A DNA stretch of 64,000 bases from Mytilus trossulus (taxonomy: Eukaryota). Both the position numbers and the translations under genes were made by a program. Under the pieces are notes generated by a model, which saw nothing but the letters and a program-made list of their open reading frames with translations, had not been told where the DNA came from and did not search any database. The stretch covers positions 87,544,001 through 87,608,000 of the forward strand of contig NC_086374.1 in assembly GCF_036588685.1 (NCBI RefSeq), read 5' to 3'. Below are positions 49,189 to 61,100 of this stretch, piece after piece. Every line of letters begins with the position of its first letter. Within the stretch, counting starts at the first letter, position 1.

Positions 49189-52100
49189 ATGGCTAACTTC
49201 ATAAGTTTTTATTTTACTCTTCTAATTTTTGGTAAGTTTTAAAAATTGTTATTTTAGTTATCAAGAAACTTTTTTCGTCAGAATAGTTGTAAAATCTTGA
49301 AGCAATGAAATAAACGAACAACTACAGTATAAATTTAGATATATACAAACTTGATTCATATTGTTTTCTTTATCAATAGATATAGTTCGCTATGTTTTTG
49401 TATTTTCGAAATATAATAGCTTAGAAAAAAATAATACGGTACTATATAATATTGTAATTCATGTAACTATGTTTAAGTCGTACGAAAATTTAACAATATT
49501 GAGTTTGGTGCATTTTTTATATTGATTTTATTGATGACTTTTGAAGTTTTGATATTGTACTTACGAAATTCCAGAAGGTAAACAAAACTTTTTTAAACCC
49601 GCAAAAAACAAATATGCATATCATATTTCAAAAATCTTGGGGGAAGGGGGGGGGGGGGTATCCTTCACAAAATGTACTTACTTTATTCGTTCTAAGAATG
49701 CCTTCGACGCCTTTTTTACTCTTTTGGAATCGAGCGTCACTGATGAGTCTTTTGTTGACGAAACACGCGTCTGACGTATATACAAAATTTAGTCCTGGTG
49801 TCTATGATGTGTTTATTTCGAATCCGAATTTTATTTTGATACACTTGGTTAGGTTTTGATTATGTAATCGCTGAGTTGCATAGTTGTAACTCTTTAACAA
49901 CAACCATTATTAATATGTGTATCAACAATTTTTTTTTAGACCTATGAAAGATATTAATGTTAAAACTTGGTTGTGAAATACTATTTATCAAACTATTGCG
50001 TAGGTTAAAGTATTCTACACAGCTACTTTTGCATAGGTACTATGTCTGTACCAAAAATCTGTAGTACTGGACGTCTCATTTTAATATTCAGTACTATTTT
50101 GTTCCTTTAAAACTATTGTAATGATTAGGTATCTGTATTTTACAGTACTTTATTTGTACTTGAAATTTAAGTACTAGATTTTGGGTTCAACAGTATTTTG
50201 AAAGTTTGTCTATTTCAAATCTCTTAAAGCTATGATTTTTAAACATGGAATATTTTGATTACTGTTGGTATTATTTTTGTACTAAAAATTTTAGTACAAA
50301 TAAAGTACTTTAAAATAAAGGTACTTAAATATTACAATAATTTTAGAGTAAACAAATAGTACTAAATATTAAAAGTAAATCTCCAGTACTTCATATGTTT
50401 AGTACAGAAAAAGTACCTATGCAAAAGTAGCAGGGTACAACATTCAAAAAAAATATGTATACTTGTATTTCAGTGCCAACGGTCACATCTTTCAACTGCT
50501 TTAAAGAACTATGTCGTGGGGCAGAGGTAAATTAATTTCTTATATGTATTGATACGATAATTCAAAGATAACTGCAGAGAATTTGGTGAAGTTCCACCGT
50601 ATTCAGTATCAATGAGGATTACATAGTATTGTGATTACAAATTTTAAAATGTTATTCTTAGTAAATGCTTTAGTTTAATTTCATGGTTTCCTATTTGTTC
50701 TTTTTACTAAGCTTTGTAAAAAAAAAGCAAATAAGAATTGTAATCTTAATCTGAATTCCCACAGAAAGCTTAAAGTTGTGTTTGAGAATTTTCCACAGGA
50801 CAGCTGACCGTAGTTGCTTCTATTTCTGAGATAGATGTTAACTTCAAATCCATCTTATAACAATCGGGAAATACTTCATAATTTTGACGTTGTATATTTT
50901 TTAATCCACCATCTTCTACGTTTGAAAATGCCTGTACCAAGTCAGGAATATGACAGTTCTTGTCCATTCGTTTTTGATGCGAATTGTTATATGATTTTGC
51001 CATGTGATTATGGACTTTCCGAATTGATTTTCCTCTAATTTCAGTATTTTTGTGATTTTACTTTTTAGTACTTTTCAAACATTGGTAACTTTCATCTGTT
51101 TAGACTATTTCATTATACACCTATGTCATTCCTTACCTGGAGTTGACAAATGACTGCATTTTTAATGTCCATTATCTTTCTCTTCAGTATTTTATTAAAT
51201 GTTTTAGGTTTGCAAACTTGATTTTAAAGATTCGTATATAGCTAACAGTAGTTGTGAGGAACCTCATCGTGTAAGTACTAGATATAAAGCAAAATCGAAC
51301 TGGTTTTTTTCTCTGCAAAATTGAATATCCTTAAAAAGTTCAATAAAGATTTGGTATGTTTTTCAATGTGACGAGTTTCCACAACCGACCAAATGGCAAG
51401 GATGTATATTACAGGTCACAATTTCAAATGCAATTTTTTTTGGAAATGAAGTGGTTTCTTACATATTATAATCCTTGCCATTTATTTTTTTAATAGTTTA
51501 TTAATCTTGAACTGCTAATATTTCGATAAAATGGACCTTTTTTCAATATATGTACAACTAAACATATTGAAATATGAATGCTGTTGCAAAGAAGATAAAA
51601 TAATAACACAGAAAAAACATTATTATTATGTTTCCTTATCATTTCAGCAAGGTCATACAGTTGATTCTAAATGTGGATTTTATTTCCCTACTAGGGGTAA
51701 ATGTTTCTGTGAAGATCCAGCATGCATGGCAAGGCTATGTAAGTGTTAATCGACATACATAAGATATTAAGATATGATTGACTAGATTTTATTTTATTTT
51801 AACAAATGTCATCACACTTGTTGATTTTTCGTATAATATCAATTATAATTTGTGTTTTGAATTTGTAGATTCCTTGACCACCACTCTTGGGACGAGCACT
51901 CCAACCACTGAATTAACAACATTTTTTTCAGGTAACATAAAAGAAGAAATTTACAAGTGACCTTTATTCAAACTTTTTGCGAGATCATCATTTTTCTAAG
52001 TGTTTTACCAAATTAATTTTCATATCAAAATGAATAGAAAATTATTAACATACTTTCAAAATATTTTCTTCCTCAACATGTTCATACCTTTTGCATTGGT

Positions 52101-55100
52101 ATATTCAGATTGTAATGCCCCTTTATAACTTATTATCATTCGAGCCTAATTAACTCTAATTGTATATGCGAACAAAAGATACGTGAATGTTTTGTTCTTC
52201 TTCTCGCCGACTTGTTTATTTATTTGTTCTATGCAGATTTTATGCTCGAGCACACGAGGAAGAATATAAAAAAAGATACAATAATTCTTTAGTTTTACAA
52301 ATATGTCTTCTCACTGAAAGTTTTATGACTATATTAATCGCATTTATCAAAAACTTGAAATATTAGATTGCACACATAGAATTTTACATGAAGACTCGCA
52401 TTCATGGAAATCAAGTCGGTTTCGCGCTAAACTATGTAAAAATAGAAGTCCTTTTTTTCATTGAAAACTTTCTGTTTTTATCAAGCATCATATATGTATG
52501 GAGTAAACTTATATACTTCTTTGCTTGCAGGATAAGCCAAGGCAGTTTACTTTTCCATTTTAAAATCTGTTGTTTTGACTATCCCATTTACTTCGTTGTA
52601 CTTTTTGAAAGCAACACAATCAACTTGAAAAATATATTTCTTGAAATTTTAAATCCTTAAATTCAGCTGTCATGAGCTTTCTTATTTGACATACAAACTA
52701 ATCTTAATACATAACACAGTACATTGACTTCGTATGTTAATTTTCAGTGTTGTGGGTGTTTTTTTGTATTTTAAGAAAAACCTACACAGCCAGTATGTGT
52801 TGACTTTGATGTGAGATGTAACAGCAGTTTTTACCAACAAATATTATGTGCTTCAAAAGATCCTTCAAGTATTTCACTGGCCATTTCCACATGTCCGAAA
52901 ACATGTAATCGTTGTGATGAATATTTTGGTAGGTAAATAAGGACATTACTTGAGAATTGAATGGTTTATTTTGTAGGGTTTGTTTGGGTTTTTTTTCTTC
53001 TTTTTTGTTAGTGTTTTTGTTTTTGTTATTTCTAGAGAGTAAACTTGTTGACCAAAGCCTATTTAGTATATAATGCGGAAGCACTTCATTTTAAAAATGT
53101 GTTCGGGATGAAACTATAAAAGAATGTATCAATGTGGTTGGATTTCAATGTAAAAGAAAGGCGAAAGAGTGTGAATTACGTCAAGCTTCTTTGTGTTTTC
53201 GTCAATCGAATATAATCCACCCATTTTCATAACGTTGTTACTGTAATGCTTCCAATGAGACGTTTATCAATCAGGCAACTGTATAGGAACTATGAATGCA
53301 ACTTCCTCAGACATTGTTAATAGTTATCAAAGGTACCAGGATTATAATTTAGTACGCCAGACGCGCGTTTCGTCTATATAAGACTCATATCAAAATATTT
53401 ATAAAGCCAAACAAGTACAAGGTTAACCTCGACGGTTTTGGCTTGACTTTTTGGGTTATTATGGTTTTGTTGCTCATCAGCATATAATACTATTTATGCT
53501 TCTCAATAAACTGATCTACAGTGTACTTGATGAAGGTTGGTATAGAAACACAAGCCGTGCGCACTGAAACTAATTTCAAACGTTTATATGACTTATTATA
53601 ATCAAAGAATTTGATTTTATTATGTTTTTATACTTTATGCAAGAAATCAATATTTCATGTGGAGTATTTATATTGCCTTATCAGAATAGAGAATGGAAAT
53701 CGGGAATATGCCAAAGAGACAACAATCCGACCAAAGAGCAGATGATAGCCGATTAATTAATTATGCATTATTAATCAAAGAAAATTCAGCAGGTTTTCCT
53801 AAATATCAATTTTAAAATGAAACAGTACAAACATAATTCAATGTTTTTCTTACTTTTTTGCAGCGCAGCTAACTACTTTATCTCCACAAACTGTCGCAGT
53901 TGTAACAACGAATGGTAAAAATAAACTTAGTTCATGTACTTATTTTGTTTCGTCGATCATGGATAACACATATCCTATATTTTTCTAATATAACTTGGTA
54001 TTCAGGGAGATATTTGCCACTTTTGCTCCTCAGATTTAGAACCGTTCTTCGCATGCAACAACCAATGCTGATTCAAACAAAGCGTAAAATAATATATTAC
54101 TTTTATGTCAACACAACTTTATTAAAACACAGAAAAAAATGTTTAGAAAGTATAGATATTTTCCTGTATGACTGTTGTTTAGAAAAATAACTTGAATCGA
54201 AAATTGTAGCCCAATATGCCAGGTTTTTGTTTTTTAAGCAGAAATGGCTTTGGAGTTCATGCAATTCCACTTGGTTTTACTTAAGCGTTTACTTGTTTGT
54301 CATCGGATTTACGGTATCTATATATATGAAAGCTTTCTTTATAGAATATATCATATATTATTTTGAATGGAAATTGTCAACAAAAAAATGAAAACATTTC
54401 ATACCTGCAATAAATGTTTAAAATGAATTTGATTTTTTAGAAATGCTTACTACGCTGGCTACAAAAGCTTTACCAACTACTGCGACAACAACAAAGTCAC
54501 CAACCACAGCTACACCAACCACAACAAGCTCACCGACTACAACAACTTTACCAACTACAGCAGCTACAGCAACTACCACGACGACGACGACAACACCGAC
54601 TACAACAACAATACTGACGACAACTACTACACCGACTACAACTACAACACCGACCACAACAACTGCTACGACAACAACAACTGCACCGACGACGACAACA
54701 ACGCCAACCACTACAATATCACCAACAACAACAACAATGCCGACTAAAACTACTTCACCTACTACAACAACTGCTCCAACTACAACAACTACAATGGCTA
54801 AAACAACTCCACTAACCCCTGCGTCAACAAAACTGTCAAATACTCAAGGTATTTTCATATTGAATAATGACATTATTTACAGAAAGTATTTCATTCAATA
54901 TATCTCCTTTAAACTAAAGAAACCTAATTTTATCACGATTTATTAATAAATCGTAAAAATCCCTAATATTATCAACCGGTACCATGTATCTGTAAAATAA
55001 TTGTCTAAATAAAATAAAAATGAGTTCGAATAGAGTTGGATATCATAAATGTGAAGAATTCATTATCACTGGACTATTATATATTTGTTTAGGGGCCAGC

Positions 55101-58100
55101 TGAAGGACGCCTCCGGGTGCGGGAATTTCTCGCTACATTGAAGACCTGTTGGTGACCTTCTGCTGTTGTTTTTTATTTGGTCGGGTTGTTGTCTCTTTGA
55201 CACATTTCCCATTTCCATTCTCAATTTTATTCATAACTTATGTTGTTAATTTATTTGTAGGAAATTTGAAAGTATGCCAAATTTATCTGAACGTGTATTT
55301 TAAGAAAAATTCTGAATACATATGTCTAATCTTATAATAACATACAAGATATCACACTGCAACTTAACAGTTTACTCTACTCGATTTTAACAGATAACTT
55401 TTACTATTTTTTTGACATTTTGAATAATGATGTGTTGATTTGGTACGCTGTACATATTGTTTAAAACAAAATTGAGAATGCGTCAAAGAGACAACAAACC
55501 GAACAAAGAGCAAAATAGAGAAAATTCCGCACTTGGAAGCGGGCTTCAGCTGCCCCTTGACTTGACACAGGTGCTTATAATGCGGTGGGGTTAAACGTGT
55601 TTTGTGAAATCTTTACCCTTGCTTATACCTCTAGCTAATGCAGAATGTAGAATAACAAACACAGCAATACGCACAGTCAAGTTCAGAGTCTAATGTTAGA
55701 AAAAGTAGCAGAAAAAAAGACACAAAATGACAATGATACATCAATTAACAAAGGACTCCAAACAGTGACTTATATGCCAGCTCCAGACCATATGAACTGA
55801 ATGGAAACAAATTATTCGTCATATGAAAATCGAGCACAACCCCTCCTGTTAAGGGTTTAGTCTCAAACCATTATAAAAAACGTTTGAAGAACATAACCGG
55901 TATCATGCCAACATATAGTTGTATGACACAAACATTAATACCCTGCTTGGGTTGGTCTCCAATGTAAATGGCTCATAAAAAAATATGACATTTTTTTTCT
56001 TCATTTTTTTTAATTTTACTTCAGTAACCACAGCACAGCCTACATGTTCTGACCAGAGCCCCAAATGTATTGATCACCTCTTCACAAGTATCCTGTGTTC
56101 AAACTTGGACCCCATCAATTTAGACTATGCAATTGCTACGTGTCCAATGTCCTGTAATCGATGTGATGAATATTACGGTAAGTATGTAGGTATGTAATGA
56201 TCGATAACATTAACAAGAATATGGAACAATTGATTGTGGATTTTACTTAAATATCTTTAAAAGACTTTCAGGTGCAACACTAAAAAATTCTTAAATCAAT
56301 TATTTTTTAGGTCTGTTTCTTACCGTTTTCCAAACAAAATGTCTACTCCTATCGAACATATGTATCTTCTTGTTCAATGACAGTCCTATATTTTCCTGCT
56401 TCATTTCATTTCACAGACGTTTTTTTAACCTGAATGATTATTTGGATAATACTTACTTTACATTCATTGTAGTCTTTACTAGATAAAGGCAACAGTAGTA
56501 TACCGCTGTTTAAAATATATAAATCGATTGAGAAAAAAAACAAATCTGGGTTGCATACTATAATGAGAGAAACACTTCATATAAGAGGAGAACTACTAGC
56601 ACTGGTCCGATACTACATCATATGGTTATACAGGACTAACATCATAATAGAATGTGTACATGTATACAATTCGTCTCAAATTTGGACCAAATAAATACTT
56701 TACTACAGACCAAATATATTGACGGAAAGGTACACCATCAACTTGCCACTCTACATCATATATTCTTTTACAACCCTAGATTAGTTCGACAAGGAACAAA
56801 ACTCGACTGTCGAAATTTCTATTTTTGTATATCTGAATTGGTGGGTTAGAAGTGGTCGGCAGACATATTTTGTTTTGTCGTACTGCTTAGATGTAAAGCT
56901 AGGTTAACACTGCCGATCAGATCAACTCGATGATCCCGATTGTCCAATTTTCAACGACCAAGCTCAACCAAATTCTTTATTGGACCTGCTACGACTTCTA
57001 TCCGATTCAACGACCAAGCTCAACCAAATTCTTTATTGGGTCTGTTTACGACTTCTATCCGATCGCCATCCGACTGTACATGACCTTAACTCGACCATTC
57101 ACGACTCCTTAATAACGCCATCACGACACCATCCCGACAATAATTGAATACATATTCGATTATTCCGACCTTTCACGATATCTACTCTACCAGAGAGATA
57201 ACTTAGTTATCAGCAGCCTAACAATGCATAATATTGCACAAATACTTTAATATTTGAAAAATCCGCCGGTGCCAAAATTGCAGGATTTTCTTCCAAAAAA
57301 ATTCTCGTGTAGAAAGTCAGATTGATGACGAGCAAAGTATACTATCCTGGACATTCTTGTCGATTGAGTCAGACCAGTCTCTCGATCACGTAATTAGACT
57401 TCATCGGGCTTGATCGAGTTGATCTGATCGGCAGTGTGAACCTAGCTTAACAGAAACAAGGGTAAGAATTCCGCAGAGGGAGGAAAACAATGTTAATACT
57501 GCATATTTGTAGATCTACTAGTATTTCAAACGGGATATGATATTATTATTTTAGGTAGACAGTTGAAATAATATAACAAACCACTTAGATAAAATAGACC
57601 AACACAAAACAAAAATAAAGTACAACAATACAGGTAACAGTTATAATTGTTATTCGTATTTTCATTTTCAGCTTATTTACAAGCAATAAGTAAGTTTTTC
57701 AATTTATTTTTTTATTTTTTTCAATTAAATTGGAATTGTGGTTGCTTTTAACATAGCCAATAGTTCTAAAGGAATAGTTCATCCCTACAATCAGATTTCT
57801 CCATTTACGTTGATATATAACGAAGTAGTTAACAACACATTGGATATTATCTAGTAAAGGAAATATGGACGGCGCTTTTTTTTTTTATTTTTTTTTTTAT
57901 TAATTTGTACTTATTCATGGATGCAGGTTCTCCTGGTTATGTCTTGTGTCTCCTCGTATTGTAAAATTTGGTTTTCCAAATGATGAATAATATAGGGAAA
58001 TTGGAAAGGTCAAGCACAATCCAACATTACAGGGAAAGGGTCTCGAAAATCGAAAAGTCTAGAAAAAATATTGACCACACAAAATAAAATTGAGGACAAA

Positions 58101-61100
58101 TAAACGACTTAATTAATGACCATAGTCAAAGTCTATCTTTTTTTTTCAAAATGAAATAATCCCTTGTTTAATGTTGAAGTGCTTAAACATATAATATATT
58201 TAAAAATTAAGTTGTTTATCATTACTCTTGTATTTTATAGAACACGACCAATTGCATTAAAAAAATTGCGTTTGCTTCTTTTCAGACATCTCAAAATATC
58301 GAAATAAAAATATCGCATAACAATATTTTTATTTCTTAATATGTAACACATTTCATGTTAGTAATAAACATTTAAAATTCAGCTTGGCTCTTTTGATTTA
58401 TTTCAGCAACAACGCCAGTACCTTTAAAAACGACAACAGGTAATCATACAATTATTCAACAAATTAGTTGCGTTGCATAAATTATAACTATTTAAAAACT
58501 TAGTCGCAAAACAAAAACAAAACATCTGTGTCCTTTTTTGAACAGATACTAATACGAAATGAATTGTATATTTATATTTGAAAGATTGAAAGTAGCATCA
58601 GTTTATCAGTTATAAATGGATCAAGAGTTTTAACTGCCAAAGTAGATGCTATGAAAGGCTTTATATATCAGCACGCGCCGAAATAGATTCACTGCTTTCA
58701 TTATATGTCAATGTATATATTTGAAGCACATCAAAAATTGTTTTCAATGATGCAAATTCGGAATATCATATCTTTTTTTAGGGCAAGGGGGAAACAGACT
58801 TTTGTTTATTTACATGGCAATCAATAATGTTTTGTCATTTTCCCAAAACTAATAGGGTTGTGTAAGTGTGTATTGTATGGTTTACAATTTGGTGATTTTT
58901 TTTTTATTTTGTTACTAATTCTTATTGAATTAATGAACGTTTTTTTCAAATACAGTATTGGGAACAACAACACCGCTAGAGTGCATTGATCGTGAAACAA
59001 AGTGCAGTAGCACATTTTATCAGTCGATCCTGTGTTCAGCGACCGACCAGCCTTCCAAGGATTATGCCCTACAGACGTGTCCAAAGGCTTGTAATTTGTG
59101 CGATAAGCTCCTTGGTACGTATCATGTCAATAGTAATTAAAAGCCGGATAAAGGCATAATTCTATCGGGCAGAGTTTCGTTAAATGTAAGATCAGGGGTC
59201 TGTAAATTATTTATTGTCATTAGTTGCTGTCTGTCATATTTTTAATTGATTCAATTTTTTTGTTTTAAATCAGGTAGTTGAATTTTTTTAATCGTTCACA
59301 TGTTGTCATGTCGTTTTTTTTTTATATGTCTTACATCGCCTTATTTTTACAAAACAGAATACTGTTTCACTTGTTGTATTATCCTGATATTTTATCTTTT
59401 GCAGGATCAATAGATTCAGCTTTTGGGTGAGTAAACTTAGTTTGTTCAAACATGGAAGTAATATTTGAATATTACTCGAATATTACTTGCATGGTTAGAA
59501 TTATAAAGATTAACAGGAAACTGTACACGTTTACTGCCAAATGAATACCGGTATAGACGGCCAGTAATTTGGATAAATATTCTATCAGTATATTCATCAA
59601 ACGGTTATTAGCGATGACTGTGGAGCCACTTTGTGTTCATTTGTACATTCAACAATTACTTTGTTTTCATGGTGTAAGTCAAAGTATTTATTAATACAAC
59701 AGCATTTACAGACTTACAAGCGACATTCAATAACTGTGAGCCTGCTTACACAAAAAAAACTCATTCCGACAATTCGCCTATTTTAATGAATCAAAACTCT
59801 CGCAACATGCTTCGTCAATTATCCGGAAAGAAATAGCACCTCTCCTCATCTGGAAATTGTACTCAAGGGGATGAAGTAAGTTATATAAAACTCAGTATAG
59901 CCGAAAATATGCAACCACGAAAGTATCCATGATAATGAACAATGATACGTGAAATAAATTTATTTTTAAATTTCATAACATTAACAAAACAAAGGTTATT
60001 TACCAAGATTGAGGCGAATTTTGGAGAAAGGAGCTTCATAACAAATTAATTTGTTATTTTGTTTTAATCAGGGATAGCACTGATTATATCAAGATAACTG
60101 ATCTCCGCCGTAACACGTTTGTTCAGAACTGTGTTTATCGAACATCTTTGCACATTCTTACAACTGTATTGAGTTTCATTAGTATCCATTTATTCAATTG
60201 TGATGAATTTTGCTAGAAAGCACATGCACTAAACAATAAACAGTTTGTTTGTGGGTAATAATAAAACATGCTACTCCGAGGGACCATATTGTGTAATTAT
60301 CATTCACATGGGAGCCTATTCTGCCTAAATCTAAGTAAGCGACACATTTTTCAATGAACATTTCTTAACTTTTTTGCATTGAAAGTTATTATACACCCGT
60401 ATTTGTTTCTGTAAATGGATAAATGTTTTATTTCAACATTGGTATACTAATGTTGCTTTTCCTTTATTACAATACCCCTTTCCATCCCTGTGGTATAACT
60501 ACCAATGCGACAATGAGACAACTCTCCACAATAGACCAAAATAACACAGAAATTAACAACTATAGATACATGTCCGTTTCTTTACGAAAACGGTAGTAGT
60601 TTTTTGACTGGTTTTCAATTGTAATAAAAAAAAATCAAATTCACAAGATGAGATCGAACGACAATGTAACTCCTGGTCAAAAAGACCTAACATTATCCAA
60701 GCTATAAATGAAAATATAAGAATGATAATTCTAGTACAACGTTGCTAATACCGTTTCCCAAACTAAGGTGGTACTTAACACTACAGGGGGATAACTCTTT
60801 AAAATCAGCTAAACGTTAAATTAGGTTGTGTTGTTATAGGGAATATTGACCAAAAGTAGTGTTTGTCAAACTGCTATATAACCAGTGTAATTTGTCTGAT
60901 AAACTTTTCAACTTTTTTGAAATTTTTATATTCCTGTCAAAGGGTCCAAGTAAATACTTTGTCAAAACTTTATGAAAATTAAAGGAGCCAAATTAATTCA
61001 TGTGAAGGTGTTGGGTACCACCTTGATCACCAGTTTAGAAACAACTATAACGTCGTAATTTGCTTTCATTCGATTTTCACTTCATTGATAAAATCTATTT

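Noticed and set aside
53515-53575. Possible third hammerhead family (TTGATGAAGG...AGAAAC...GTGCGCAC)
   Set aside because: The core and stems are too degraded to support.
54418-54711. Poly-Val minus-strand ORF
   Set aside because: Antisense of the poly-Thr mucin exon of gene D.
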